NCBI RefSeq assembly: GCF_006345805.1
Contig: NW_021836311.1
Span: forward strand, 3,471 to 67,470
Reading direction: 5' to 3'
Length of the DNA: 64,000 nt
DNA from: Octopus sinensis
Taxonomy: Eukaryota
This document shows, piece after piece, positions 36,333-50,760 of the stretch. The notes beneath the pieces are model-generated. The model saw only the letters and a program-made list of their open reading frames with translations. It was not told the origin of the DNA and made no database searches. A program made the position numbers and the translations under genes. Position 1 is the stretch's first letter. The number at the start of each line of letters is the position of its first letter.

Positions 36333-38704
36333 GGAAAAGAATAAAGGAAGGAAGGAAGAAAGAATGATTGAAAGAAAGACGTTAGGAATGAAAGTACGAG
36401 AACGGAAGTAAATATGGTGATACTGTTGAAGAAAATGTTCAATTTAAACGAAGCTGGAATGTGGGGGGGAGTTAAAGAGAAGGAAAAAAAGATGATGGTG
36501 AAGAGGAGAAGGAAGAAAAGAGGAAGAGGAGGAGGAAGAAGGGGAAGAGAATGAGGAGGTGGTGATGGTGGTGCAGGAGGATAGGGATGGATATCATTTG
36601 TTGCAAGAAGCTTTAAGAACGTTGCTCTTTTGTTAAACGTGAATTTCACTTTTCCGGAATAGGCTGAGGAAGTGAACACTGCGTCGAATGTGATTCCTTG
36701 TATAATGGGTTCATTGCTCCGGAGTTAATATATGGCTAGAGCTGTTCAATTTAGGGACCGAGAGAGTCGAAAGAAGTGATAGGTGATAAGATGCTGTGAA
36801 TTGCAATCTTCAGTCGGCAAGATGGTTCAATAATGACATGAGGAACCTTGCCCAAAATTATCGGATTAGTATTTTGAAACAAGTACTATAAATTCATAGG
36901 TGACGAGAGTGTGTGTTTAGCATTGTTAGGAATCTGTGGTCTTCATACATAATTCTCTGTTTTGAATGAATTCGTCAAAGAATGACCAATTGCGTTCAAC
37001 TAAGATGCAGTACTCGATGTTCCTGATGTTTATATCAGTGTACGTGCTGTAGCTGGGCATTTCCTCAAACGGATTCGTTTAGTAAGTAGAGGGATTAATA
37101 TATTGATTAGTCAGTCGTCGAATGTGATTTTCAATACTTTAATTTATCGATTGCTATATTGCTCGGGCGCGAAGGTCAACAGGAAGTTCTAAGTAAGGTA
37201 TGTAGATGATTAAAACAATGGAAATTTAATACTTTAATCCAGGTGAATGAGGAGACTGACATATGTCTATAAATATACATGTGTGTGTATGTGTGTAGGT
37301 AGGTAGGTAGGTAGGTGGATATGTGGGTAGGGAGGGAGGTAGTAGGTAGGTAGGTAGGTACGTACGTACGTACGTAGCTAAATAGCGATATATCTTTGAG
37401 CCTCTTAATGAACATGCAAATCTGGTTTCATGTATGTATGTATGTATCTTAATGTTTGAGAAGTAATGTATACGTCTATGCATCACAGTTTATTATAGAT
37501 GTGCATCAAACGTTGTTTTACTGATTTCTAAGATAAAGTAAGACTTAGAAGTATTAAATAGTAGAACACACACACACACACACACAACAAATACACACAC
37601 ACACACATACACACACACACGTACACACATACATACACACGCACGCACTCACATATTTCTATACATGAGAGAGAGTTAGAGAGAAAGAGAGAGACATGGA
37701 TAGATTCATAGGTAGATAGAGAGCGAAGAGAGAGGTGGGTGTAGAAAGATATCAAATAACAAAAAGACAAAACAAAATTGGCTTAAACGGAAAAATGAGA
37801 AAATAGTGAACTAGTAGACGTATCTGCACGAGGTTGCCATGGATACAAAGTGTTATCAACAATGGAACAAGACTTTCACTGTGGCTATTACAGGTCGTAT
37901 TGATCTGTGTTGATCAGTAGCGCAGGTAAATGTTGTGGCCTTATCCAATTAAACGTACAACATAGGCCTGGAAGACATACATAAGGTGAGAACACGCTCT
38001 CATGCACTTACACACATACATGCATACACACAAGCAGAGGTAGACTTTTATGTAGATCTCTCTTTCTCTATCTATCTATCTATCTACATATATGTATAAA
38101 CGCGTGTTTGTAATTTGGTGTGCATGTGTATTTGTAATATATATATATATATATATATATACACATCTGTAAGCATACATATGTGCTTATATATATATAT
38201 ATATATATAATGTATGTATGTGCGTGTGTATACACACACATATGCCCATACATACGCACATATGTGTATATACATATATATATGCACTCATGCACACGTA
38301 TGTATATACATGTGTGTATGTGTGCTCCTCAGTGTGTTTGTGTATATGTGTGTGTGTTTGTGAGTGTGTGCGTTTGTGTGTATGTTTGTGTGTGTGTGTT
38401 TGTGTGGGTGTGTGTGTGTGTGTGCCTGTGTGTGTGCTTTGTGTTTACATTTTACAAACAGTGGATACATTAGTTATTTTTGCTTAAATCTATTGTTAGC
38501 AAATTTTCTCATTTTTGCTTTCTTTTTATTTCTTCTATTTAAATACACTTCCATCCTTCCGTACATTTTCATCTAATTGAAGTTATCCACTGTCTGTTGC
38601 TATGATTCAAATTTATTCTAAATCCTATCGCAGCTTCTGATGTTGCTGATCCTGTTCTTGCTCGTATCGTTGGAAAAATGCCTTCTGCTATTTGTTCCCT
38701 TTCT

Positions 38705-39295
38705 TTGTTTCCTGAATTCAAATGCTTACCGAAGCCAACTTTGACTCTCGACGCCTCCAGGGTTGATAAAATAAAATACCAGTTATGTACTTGTGTCGGG
38801 AATATCGATTAGCGCCCTTTACCCAAATTTTGTACCTGGTTGTCTCAATCACCAACCAATGCATTGAACTGATTGCTACGTTAGGGCTTCGGCAAAGGCG
38901 TCACCTTATATTCTGGGCTCAAATCTCACCGAAATGAACTTTGGTTTTCATCCTTTCGGGATCGATAAAATAAGTGCCAGTCACATATGATCAATAATCC
39001 CCCCACTCAAAAGTATTTTGGGCCTTGTGCTTACATTGGAAAGGATTATATATTATTATTATAAACTGTAGTTTAAGGCGGTGAGCTGGCAGAATCGTAA
39101 CCCACGCCAGGCTAAATGCTTAGCGCCATTTCGTCTGTCTTTACGTTTCGAGTTCAAATTCCGCCTAGGTCGACTTTGCCTTTCATCCTAACGGAGTCAA
39201 TAAAATAATTACCAGTTGAGCACTGAGGTCGATGAAATTGACTTAAACCTTCCCTCGAAATTGCTGGCGTTGTGCCAAAATTTGAAGCCATTATG
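38705..39295 (+). mobile_element. Three consecutive SINE family B copies of differing decay
   Basis: B body motifs at about 38710-38850 and 38880-39060, and a well-preserved copy from TAAGGCGGTGAGCTGGCAGAATCG at 39074. Confidence 0.75.
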
Positions 39296-39360
39296 AACTG
39301 TGGTTTATGGATTTGCAGAAATGTATCGGGGTTCAAAGTACTTTACATCATGTTTTCTGT

Positions 39361-39398
<38 letters not shown>

Positions 39399-39879
39399 TT
39401 CTATTCGTACTTTATTTTTATATCTGACACCAATTCATCTTTCATCCTTCCTGCGTCTATAAAATAAACTACAAATAAATATGTTGATTTAATCGTCTTC
39501 TCCAAACCTTACTTAAATAAATAATTAAGTTACAAAGGAGCGTTGTATCTATGTTATTCGTTATGGCGAATCCTATGTTTCTCGAAGTCGTTGAAAAATC
39601 GCAAAAGTTTCAATAGCAGGACAAATTGCTTTCTTTTTTCATCACGTTCCATTAGTTTGTTTCTTTCCGGTTTCAAGTTCTACAGAGAATCATCTTGCTT
39701 ATATTTCTTTAATTATTATTTAGGATTCGATTTAAAAGACAACAACCGACCACTACAAAATGTAACTCGCACCATTATTAATTACCCTTCCTTGTTAAAT
39801 ACTGCGTTCGTTGCTGTCCTTGTACACGTTGTCCAGCCTCTGGCCATCTCTGATAGAGTGGGCCAATGACCAAAGTCAT

Positions 39880-39914
<35 letters not shown>

Positions 39915-39944
39915 GTTGCTGCTGCTGATACAGTATTAGTATTG

Positions 39945-40340
39945 AGTTATCCTTTTCTACTCTAGGCACAACGCTCGAAATTTTGGGGCAGGGGCAGTCG
40001 ATTACATCGACCCCAGTGCGTAACTGGTACGTAATTTATCAATCCCGAAAGGAAGAAAAGCAAAGTCAACCTCGGCAGAATTTGAACTCAGAACGTAAAG
40101 ACAGACGAAATACCGCCAAGCATTTCGACTGGGGTGCTTACGCTTCTTATTTCTTTATTGCTCACAAGGAGCTAAACATAGAGGCGACAAACAAGGACAA
40201 ACAAAGGGATTAAGTCGATTACATCGACCCCAGTGCGTAACTGGTAGTTAATTTATCGACCCTGAAAGGATGAAAGGCAAAGTCAACCTCGGCGGAATTT
40301 GAACTCAGAACGTAACGTTTCTACAAGCTCGCCGCCTTAA
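39945..40340 (-). mobile_element. SINE family B with a second, 5'-truncated long-tailed B nested inside (40148-40312)
   Basis: The outer copy's head is split; degenerate direct repeats TTACGCTTCT (40138-40147) and TAACGTTTCT (40313-40322) flank the inner copy. Confidence 0.8.
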
Positions 40341-40819
40341 TACTATTTGAGTTATCATATGATGCAGGAAATTAATTAAGCTACACTCCTCGATATATAC
40401 ATAGATTCGCATGCATGCACACACACATACACACATACATAGAAGCACGCGTGCGCGTGTCTTTTGACCGAGCCCTTCGATCTCTTCCCCTCATAACAGA
40501 ATACCGAAAAAATCATTATTTTGCATTTATAGAAATAATTACAACTTTAGCGGATGAAACCACCAACAAATTCCTCTCTGTGTATGTGTGTATATATATG
40601 TGTGTGTGTGTGTGCCTGTGTATGTGTGTGCCTGTGTGTGTGCGTGTATATATAAGGATATATATATATATGCATGTGTTTGTATATACATATACATATA
40701 TATACATACATATGTGTATGTAACCATTCACACACACACTCACACACATATATATAATTACCTTTTTATCATCCTGATGTGAAAAACGGTTGATGTTTTT
40801 AATAAAGACATCGAAGACA

Positions 40820-40982
40820 ATAATAATAATAGTAATAATAATAATAATAATAATATAATAATAATAATATAATAATAATAAGAAGAAGAAGAAGAAGAAG
40901 AAAAAAAAAAAGAAGAAGAAAAAAAAGAAGAAGAAGAAGAAGAAGAAGAAGAAGAAGAAGAAGAAGAAGAAGAAGAAGAAGA
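40820..40982. repeat. (AAT)n then (GAA)n microsatellite
   Basis: Direct reading. Confidence 0.95.
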
Positions 40983-41708
40983 AATATAAAACATCAATGT
41001 TTTGGAATTTTATTTCTTTTATAATATTTTACTTCAGCGTTTATTTTATTTTTTTCTTTTGCTCTCTTCTTTCTTTTTCTCTTTTCCCTCCTGTAATGCT
41101 TTTTTTTTTTTTTTTGCCTCTCTCTTAGAACCGTATCTGTTGCCTTATCAGAACACTACATCTACTCTTCCAAAGCATTCAGTTAAGAAGAGAAACACAA
41201 CTATTGCTATAGTATATTCTTGAAAAAAAAAGCTAAGGCTGTTCTGTCTTTTATATCGTGAAATATGCCCTTACCCACACAAGCACCTTATCCTGGAGAT
41301 GCCTTGATGACATTTCCTCGCGCTTATCTTTCGAGCGTCTTGACACAATAGTTAGATAAGACAGCCGTATCTCTTATTCCGTAGTGGCGATCATTTCACT
41401 CAGAGTTCTTTCACTGTTTTGTTCCGTTTTTATTTTATTTTTCCATTCCACGAGCGATAAAAATTACAAAAGAACAACAGAAAAAGAAAAAAAAAACATT
41501 GACATGTTCAACAACAAACTAACGGCACTCCCCCCACCTACGCCTACTCTTTCATGCACATACGTATATAATATATATATAGATCATATAGTCACTTATT
41601 CGTACATATAATATAATACTATATATATATATTATATCTATATATATATTATATATAGATATATATATATATCATAATATATACATATATATATTCATAT
41701 ATATATAC

Positions 41709-41739
<31 letters not shown>

Positions 41740-42008
41740 ATAATGTAATATACATATATATATACATATACATATGTGTGTGAGTATATATTATATACAT
41801 ATATATATAATGTATATAATATATACTCACACACATCTGCATACATATATATTTGTGCGTGTATACATACATATATACACGCACACATACATTCACTCGC
41901 ATGTATAGGCGATTACACGAACATACACATCTTTGATAAATAGTTATATTTATAACTACATCCCTATTTATAAGTGTAGTACGTGTACACTAACTATATA
42001 CATAAACG

Positions 42009-42045
<37 letters not shown>

Positions 42046-42107
42046 GGTATGCGTGCGAGCGTGATTTTCTTTTGGGTATGTATGTGGTGTTTTTTGCTTA
42101 TATATAA

Positions 42108-42138
<31 letters not shown>

Positions 42139-42740
42139 TACGAATATATATTTATCTTCAAATCAGGGTGCTCTCTCTCATCTTTCATAGTAGAAAGTTT
42201 AAACGGTGGGCCTTGCTAGTTAGCTCAAAATGTACAACTGTGATTTTCCCGTTACTTGTTTTCATTGATTTCAGCTCTCTCACCATCATTTTATACGCTT
42301 AGAACAAAGATATTGTATATAATCTTTGGAGTAGCCATGTATTTGAGATGTCTTCATGGCAATCGCTTGAATACGGTTTCATTCTCTGTGCGTTGTTTAC
42401 TGAACAAGTGCTTTCTATTGTAATATCGAGTTGACAACAACCTTAAAAGAGAAATTTAGGAAATGGAATCTCTCTCTCACACACTCTCTCTCTCTCAGTA
42501 TGCATACATACATACATATATTTTATTTTTGTATTAGGTTTACAAGATTCTTTTTGTGAAGTTGTGTGTTGAAATAAACCTTGTTCTCTTGGGAGGGTCA
42601 TTACACCAATAATAATAACACACACACTGTTTTAGTATCACTTCTCAGACCATTTTCTCAATGTTTGCTCTGAGCCCCGGACCAACATTATGTGTGGTGT
42701 GTGTGTGTGTGTTGTGTGTGTGTGTTGTGTGTGTGTGTGT

Positions 42741-42992
42741 GAAAGCACGTGGCCTTATGGATAGGCTGTTGCACTTACAATCTCTAGACCGTGGGTTCGA
42801 TTCCCAGACCGGGCAGCGGGTTGTGTTTTGAGCAAAACACTATTTCATGTTGCTGCAGATCCTCTTTCAGGAGGAATGTTGGCTTGCTCGCCTAGCCAGC
42901 GAGGTGGTATTGTTCGATGGCTAAAACGATGCAAAGTGAATTATGACCAGCGGTGTGTAACAACATCTGGTCGGTCACGTGATCACATGATC
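42741..42992 (+). mobile_element. SINE family E (C-like head and core, distinct tail)
   Basis: GAAAGCACGTGGCCTTATGGATAGG...GGGTTCGATTCCCAGACCGGGC...GTTGTGTTTTGAGCAAAACACT...; tail ends GGTCGGTCACGTGATCACATGA. Confidence 0.75.
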
Positions 42993-43773
42993 TATGTGTG
43001 TATATATATAATATATATATATATTTATATTGTAGCAATAAGTTGATGAATAAATATAGGATTTTCCATATTCGATACTATATGGATGCCATGTTTTTTC
43101 ACGTGCATATTTTGTGTGCGGGTGTGTGCGTTTGTTTGGGTGCGTGTGTGTATGTGTGTGTATGTGTGCGTGTGTGACTGTGTGCGTATGTATTTTAATA
43201 TATTGGTGTAAGTCTGTTTATCGAGCCCTATCGATCAAAACAACCAGAAAAATAAACTTTCGTAAGCTAAAATTTCTAAATGTACGCCATAAGAAGAAAC
43301 TTTAAAAAAAAAAGCATTATCAAAATATATTCTCATATAGCTCAAGGGAGAGAACTATGAAAATAACGCGTGACAGTATGTGACGTGTTAGTTAGACCTT
43401 TGGTAGCAATGGTCGTCACACTAGGTCGATTCGATTGAGTGAAGTCGCCCTCAGTGTTTTCCGCCTAATGTCGCTGTTAAAAAATCATTAATGTTAAACC
43501 AACCTCATCAAATTCTTTACTTGTGATGATCTCTCAACCATACGTAAGTTAATATATGTTATGTTCCTTCTATGCCACTTCCTCTAACGGTCGTGTTTGT
43601 TATTGTGTGTAATTATGTGTGAACAGTCCTTATTTACCTTTCCACTCCAGTCAGATCAAAGAACTCACTGTCTATGGCAAAAAAGACGCGTCATTCATAT
43701 ATGCATAATTAAATTACAGCCGCACGAACACGCGTTTTTTATGTCTGCATATGTGTGCTGTTTGTATTGTATG

Positions 43774-43811
<38 letters not shown>

Positions 43812-43829
43812 CTGCGTCTGTGCATATGG

Positions 43830-43868
<39 letters not shown>

Positions 43869-43893
43869 GGTGTCATGTGTATATAGGCTACAA

Positions 43894-43936
<43 letters not shown>

Positions 43937-44113
43937 CTTTTCCAAAATTGTCCTTGGCTAATTTTAGCCTTCGATTGATGATTTTCTTATTCTCGTGTGT
44001 GTGCGAGTGAGCACGCGAATCGATTTGGAAACATTTGAACTATGGTTGATCGTTTATATACATACATATAATCTATCTATCTATCTATCTATCCATCTAT
44101 ATATATATATATA

Positions 44114-44240
44114 TCCTTTCTACTATAGTAACAAGGCATGAAAGGCAAAGTCGACCTCGTCGGAGTTTGAACCTAGAACGTAACTGCAGATGAAATACCG
44201 CTAAGCATGTCGCCCGGCGTGCTAACGATTCTGCCAGCTC
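44114..44240 (-). mobile_element. SINE family B with internal deletion
   Basis: GGCAAAGTCGACCTCG...CCGCTAAGCAT.TCGCCCGGCGTGCTAACGATTCTGCCAGCTC is the reverse of the B head and body. Confidence 0.85.
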
Positions 44241-44449
44241 ATATATATATATATATATATATTATATTTCGAATTGATTCTTTGGGATAGGAAATGCTTC
44301 GTGAAAAGCAACACTATTTGCCTGATGAACTTTTAGCAAGAAACAGTGAAAGGTAAGTAAATATATTTCCAAAATTAAAACGAAAAAAGAGGGTTCTATA
44401 CGTCTTTAAAGGGTTGGGGTATAATAGTGACTTGTTGATGTATATCACC

Positions 44450-44898
44450 ACTTCCCAGTCGATAGATTTGATATGGCAACAAGAGAAGGATGGGGAGTGA
44501 AAACTATTCAGAAAGGAATAAGAAATCATAAGGAACGAGTTGCCTATACTTATAGTATAACTGAACTTCATGTTGATCTGAAATAAGAACATTAAACGGC
44601 ATACTCTAAGGGCCTTAAAGAAGAAATGTCAATTGCTATGCTGAATGGGGAGTTGGGAATGTATCCGCAGGCAGTGTTAGATGACAGATTGTTGATGAAG
44701 ATTATCTCAAAGGTGTATGAGAAGTTAAAGGGTTATCCCTCTGATTACATGGAATCTTTCACGGCTCCAGTAACTCGAAGCTTCTTCATAAACCCTTTCA
44801 TTCCACAGAGAACCTTTGATCTGTTCACATTAACAAGATTCTATGGTTACATTGGCCGATATTCTAGTAGATTAAAAGGGCTTCCTCGCACCTTCTAA
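44450..44898 (+). pseudogene. Decayed non-LTR retrotransposon ORF2 C-terminal fragment (L2/CR1-group-like)
   Basis: ORF 44626-44898 contains IAMLNGELGMYP, like the AxxGELGxYP motif after RT, and LTRF...IGRY; the upstream frame has stops. Confidence 0.45.
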
Positions 44899-45419
44899 TC
44901 GATTCTATTCTTTAGTAGAAAGCTACATTGAGAGTGATTCTCAGAATCATATAGCAGAGCTGCAAAGCCCAATCAGCGAATGTGCAGGTGTATGAATGTG
45001 TGAGAGGTTGGGGGAGAGTGGGAGTAGAGAGAGGGAGATGGAGAGAAAATGAGAGATATTGAGGCTGGTGCTTGATTCTAGTTATCAAAGAAAGAAAGAA
45101 CAAATATGACCTCTTCATGATTTGAACTCAGAATTCAAAGCGCCGGACCATTTATGTCAAAGTACTTGTCTAACAATCTAACAATTCTGCAAGAAAATCA
45201 TCAATCGAAGGCTAAAATTAGCCAAGGACAATTTTGGACAATCTAATTTACAGAAGATAATCTGAAAAGGAAGTGGTAGGTGTCACAGAGTCCTGTTATC
45301 CTAACAAGGTGACGCTTCCATAATTCTCTTTGTATTGACCGGCATAATTTTTAATAATTTCCATTTACTTCCCAGAAAAATTTTTCCCCCAACTTAATGT
45401 AACGTATTAAGTTTTTTGC

Positions 45420-45860
45420 AACACCACCCGGTGCAGGTATGCGAGCATGCGCCGTTGCAGCGCGTTGCTGCTTCCACCTTTTGTCAGAATTTGCTCGGGT
45501 CATCCTGGGCAAACCTACGTGAAACAGCCTCGTCGTTTCCTCTCTCCGTGAAATACTTCCTCATTGGTGTGACCATGAGGCATGTGACTAATTAATACGA
45601 GCCATCACTCCAGCCGGATCCTCAGAAAAGAGAACACGGTACGGAGGATCCAACTCAGGAAAACGCTTTCGAATCATAAACGCAATAGGTCTCATACCAG
45701 TTTCTGAGTATAGCCAATTGTTGGATACAAAATCAGACTAATGGTAACCCATAATCCTGCGAAGCGTCCTGGTACGGAAGGTACTCAGCTGGCCCTTAAG
45801 GGCCCCGGGAGGAGGAGACTAAGTCCCGCAACTGTAGTGCAATGCAGGGTCAACCAGAGA
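45420..45860 (-). other. GC-rich non-simple block, possibly an RTE-clade LINE 3' relic
   Basis: GC higher than the flanks; a minus frame reads ..HMPHGHTNEEVFHGERKRRG.., loosely like the RTE G.R.RGRP region. Weak. Confidence 0.25.
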
Positions 45861-45864
45861 CCTA

Positions 45865-46060
45865 AAAAATTCGTTAGCATTGTGTTTTTACGTCCGGTTC
45901 TCTACGTTCTAATTTGAAATCCTGCCGAGGTCAACTTTGCTTTCTTTCGGTACTGGATCAACATATGGAATTGTCATCTTAAGTATGGGGATCTATGTAC
46001 ACGGTTAATCCCCTTCCCTCAAAGTTCCTGGCTTTGTGTCAATGTTAGAAAGAGTTATTA
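45865..46060 (+). mobile_element. Degenerate SINE family B
   Basis: CGTTAGCA...TACGTTCT...GCCGAGGTCAACTTTGC...CCCTTCCCTCAAA...GGC.TTGTG.CAA pattern. Confidence 0.55.
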
Positions 46061-47042
46061 TTATTATTATTATTAAAAAAATCAACATTATTATCAATAA
46101 CAAGTGATGACGAGGATGGTGATGATCATCATTATCATGATCATCATCATCATCATCATATTGTGACAATGATAACTAAATCGATATCAGTGACAGCATA
46201 TATTTAAAAGCAAAAACAAACAAAATTTGGATTTTTTTCCCACCAACAACAAAACAAACAAACTAAATCGGAAACAAGAAACAAACACATCCGCACCCAT
46301 ACATTCAACCACAAACATACAAACAAACAAACAAAAACGATAGTGGCATAAAACAGACAAAAATATACAACTACGATATTTAAACGAATTAAAATTCAGT
46401 CATTTTAATTCACCTTCAATGTAAAAAAAGTCGCAATGATGTTGAGTTTGAATAACAATTTATAAAAACTGACATAAAAAATGATAATAAAAAGATATAT
46501 TACGAAAATTATAAACACATGTTACGAGCAGGAGGCTTTATTTTTTGCTTGTTTTGTGTTGTTATGTTGCTCATCTTCTTTTTTAATGTTCATCTTTAAA
46601 AAAGGGTAAAGAAAAAAGGAGTTAATACGAGGATTCAAAAAAATATGGCGACTTGAAGAGTAAAAAGGGAATAAAATTTGAAAATGTGTATTGAGACAAC
46701 ATAATTTTTAGAGTACGGATTAGGTTTTGGGTGGGGCTGTAGAAGATAATGACTATTGTTATAATTTTAGTTATGTAGCTGATAGTGATGATGATCCAAA
46801 TGATATTGTTGAAAGTTGACGAGAATGATGAAGAAGATGGCGACGATGAGAAGGATATGATCAACAACGATGAAGCCGGGGATGACTATGATGTTAATGA
46901 TCATGGGGTGGATGATAATGAAGATGATAATGAAGATGATGATGAACGTGAGGCGAATTTTAATAACCTTAAAACTAATACTGCCAGTATCTCTACGGCT
47001 GCTGCTGATAATTATATTAAGAGCAATAATATGAAGAGCATT

Positions 47043-47075
<33 letters not shown>

Positions 47076-47138
47076 ATACTACTACTACAAACTACTAATA
47101 CTACTACTACTACTACAACTACTACTACTACTACTGCC

Positions 47139-47207
<69 letters not shown>

Positions 47208-47329
47208 AATAATAATAATAATAATAATAATGATAATAATAATATTGGATATAATAGTTTATAATTATTAACGTTTTTCCCTTTATTATATTTCTCAATA
47301 TTCAGAATATTCGTAAAAAAACAAATAAC

Positions 47330-47380
<51 letters not shown>
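47043..47380. repeat. (ACT)n,(GCT)n,(GAT)n,(AAT)n compound microsatellites
   Basis: Direct reading. Confidence 0.9.
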
Positions 47381-48020
47381 TACAGAAAAGAAAACAAGAA
47401 CAGCAACGATAATAATAATGTGCTGCTCCTAGAAGATAAGAAACGTTGGTGAAATGAGGAAGATTAAAAATATGAAAAAAATATATTTAAAAAATTTAAA
47501 TTAAAGAAAAATGCATAAATAAGATATGATAACTAAAAACCAAAAAAAAAATAATAAATAATACAAATAAGGATTTTTTCGTTAAATGAACCCTCCCAAT
47601 ACTACTTCAACCACAACAACAATAGCACAGAAAAAAACCTTAAATAAATAAAGCAAGGTGGGATTGCGTTAATTATGTTAATTCTTAGTCCACGTGATCG
47701 TAGATTAGTTGCAAGCAATTATAATTGGAACAAAAAGTACAGAAATAAATAAAGATGATGAAAAAGAATTTAAAAAGAAACTCGATGAAAACAAATATAA
47801 AACCTAGAAAATAACAATATTCGATTATCTTCTAGGAAGAAAACGCAGCAATTTTATTAGGCAGTCTTAGTTGTTATATATATAGAGTCCCTTTAGGATA
47901 TGAACATTGAAATTAAACATTTGAAAAGATATTTAAAAAATGTTTGTAATGTATGTACACACGTAAACACACACATATGCATGTATATTATATATATGCA
48001 TACGTATATGTGTTGTGCTA

Positions 48021-48092
<72 letters not shown>

Positions 48093-48199
48093 CCTCTCTC
48101 TCTCTCTCTATATATAATATATATAAAGAGAAATACGCATATTTAAGTGTTTATATGTAGAGAGAGGTCGCAAAAAGATTAAGTGAAAAGAAGTTTCTT

Positions 48200-49100
48200 G
48201 TTTCGCTGGTTGGTTCGATTCTGTCACGATATTATAGAAATATTGGATTTGAAAGCGCTAGCTGTGTTGAGATAAATGGAAAAGAAAGAAGTGTAAAAAG
48301 CAATGGGTTGGATAGATCAAGAGATTGGTTGGAGAGTGAAAGGAGTGTGAGGTAACAAATAGTGAGCTGCAAGAATGATGGACAGGTAGGAAATCCCGGT
48401 AACCAAACAGAAAATGGATGTTGACAAGGATGTACGAACCAAAATGTAACTGATAGAATAAATAAAAAAGTTGTGGTGGAAAGAAAAAGACCAGTACTCT
48501 GTAGTACAGAAAAAGAATTAGAGAGGTAATATGATAAAAAAATAATGGGAGATGCAAAGAATTATATGTGTTTTGAGAAGTGGAAGAGAAAGTTAAGTAC
48601 TTTAAAGAGAGTTGGACTTGATAGGTAAGTATATACCTGGAATATTGGGGAAGGAAAATAACCAACTATTAGCCAGCAGTCCAAGCAAACATGGTAGTTA
48701 ATACGAGAACGGAAGTGCTGGTATGAATAAGAGAAAAAAATGTGGAAGGTAAAATGACTGAGTTCGACAGTAGTGGGAGTAATTAGAGAGGTGACATGAT
48801 AAAATGAAAGATGGGTGGGCAGGGAGAGGAGGAAATGTGAAATAATGGTGTATGAGTAACACAGTAAGAATACTAACAGAAAATAAGAAAATGAAGAAAG
48901 AACATTTCAGATATAGGACAAGGTCATTTACATATCAAGAAGACAAGGGAATTCTCAATTATGGCGAAACTTCGCAGGATCGAACTACAGAAAGAAGACT
49001 TAGATAATCGCGAGAAGAATCAATACTCGATGTGAAATGGAGATAATTGCTATAAGGAAACCTAGAAGTGGAGAATGACTTGAAGCAAAAAGATTAAAAA
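48200..49100 (+). pseudogene. Purine-rich block, possible heavily decayed LINE ORF2 C-terminus
   Basis: Strong A/G strand bias without simple repeats; SIMAKLR near 48955 resembles the S.LAKLR motif of L2/CR1-group elements; many stops. Confidence 0.25.
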
Positions 49101-50453
49101 TTACTGACCAGTGTTTGAAAGGAACCTTATCAATATTGACAAGTACTGTTCTTGTGTGAAGAAGCATACATACCTAAGTACACGCATATACAAACGTATG
49201 GGATCTTATTTGTAACTCCTGGTATTATATTCGCATAACATGGACAAGCTACTTGGAATAATGACCATACGATTGCTGGGTTTGAGTGTCAATATGGTTT
49301 TTAAAAAGCAATATCCAACAAAATATACCCTGTTTCGTCCACGTCAAAGATAAATTAGTAACAAGGAATAGTTCTTTATATAGAGGTAAGAAAAATGACA
49401 GATAAATGCGGGAAGATATAGTCAAACCGATAGGAGCAAATTTATTGGGGGCGTGAATCTGAGTCTGCTGTGATAAGAGATGATGGTGATAATGATATAT
49501 GGTCATCATTATCAATGTCTCAACTTGTCTAATGAAAGCAAGTCCTCTTGCAAGAACATTCAGTAACTTTCAGTTAAAGCTGTTTCCATGTTACAACCTT
49601 TTCCCCATCTCTTTCTATATTTTATTAATGATATATTTCCTGAAACGTAAAAGGACTGTTATTTTCCATATAACTCCTATCGTCTCTACTCTGCATACAG
49701 GACGGTATACTATAGCTGATCATCGATTATTCTTTATTGACCCCAAACTTCGGAAATTATTGGAACTGCTAGCATTCCTTGTTAATATTTAACTTCCCTA
49801 GCTTTTTTATTTGAAAGAATTTTTCAATCCGGTTGCTGCGATTTTATTTTCTCTTAGACACTCCATGTTAAAATGTGACTATGTTATTAAGGTATTTTGT
49901 ATTATTATGCCACTTTACCTAAAGGGTTTCAATACTGCCCAGCTGAACTTCGATTTTCATCGTGTCACGATCAATAACTTAAATACTTATTGAAAACCGG
50001 ATTATATTTAATCGATAGTTTATTGTCATCACCGTTGTTGCGTGCAAACCCTCGAGGCTGTCCAAATTAAATACTCCACCGTTCATAACTTTCCTATTGG
50101 TGTTCACTTTCAAATGTCGAAGAGAAACATTCAAGATGTTAAATTCGTCTGCGTATGAAAGCCAGAAGCACTGCCCCTTCATTCAGATCTAGCAACACAA
50201 ATATATTACATGAAATAGTGATTATCTTTATTGATAACGAGGGAACAGGTAATGCGTGTTCTCTATTTGGTGCTATACACTAAGATTTAAGCAAAAAGTC
50301 TGGGGTGAGAGGAAGCAACAGTAATTGTTTAAGTACAAAATGTAACATTTTACTTTCTACATACTAAATAGTATGTCGCGTGAGGAACAGGTTTTAAAAA
50401 TAGCATAGCAAAGGGTCTCTCTCGTTCTCTCTCTCTCTCACTCACACACACGC

Positions 50454-50760
<307 letters not shown>

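Noticed and set aside
45780-45860. HDV-like ribozyme near GGCCCTTAAGGGCC
   Set aside because: The helix is a simple hairpin; I could not build the nested double pseudoknot on either strand.
46785-47264. Acidic D/E-rich ORF of 159 aa
   Set aside because: Derived from decayed (GAT)n and runs straight into pure ACT/GAT/AAT repeats.
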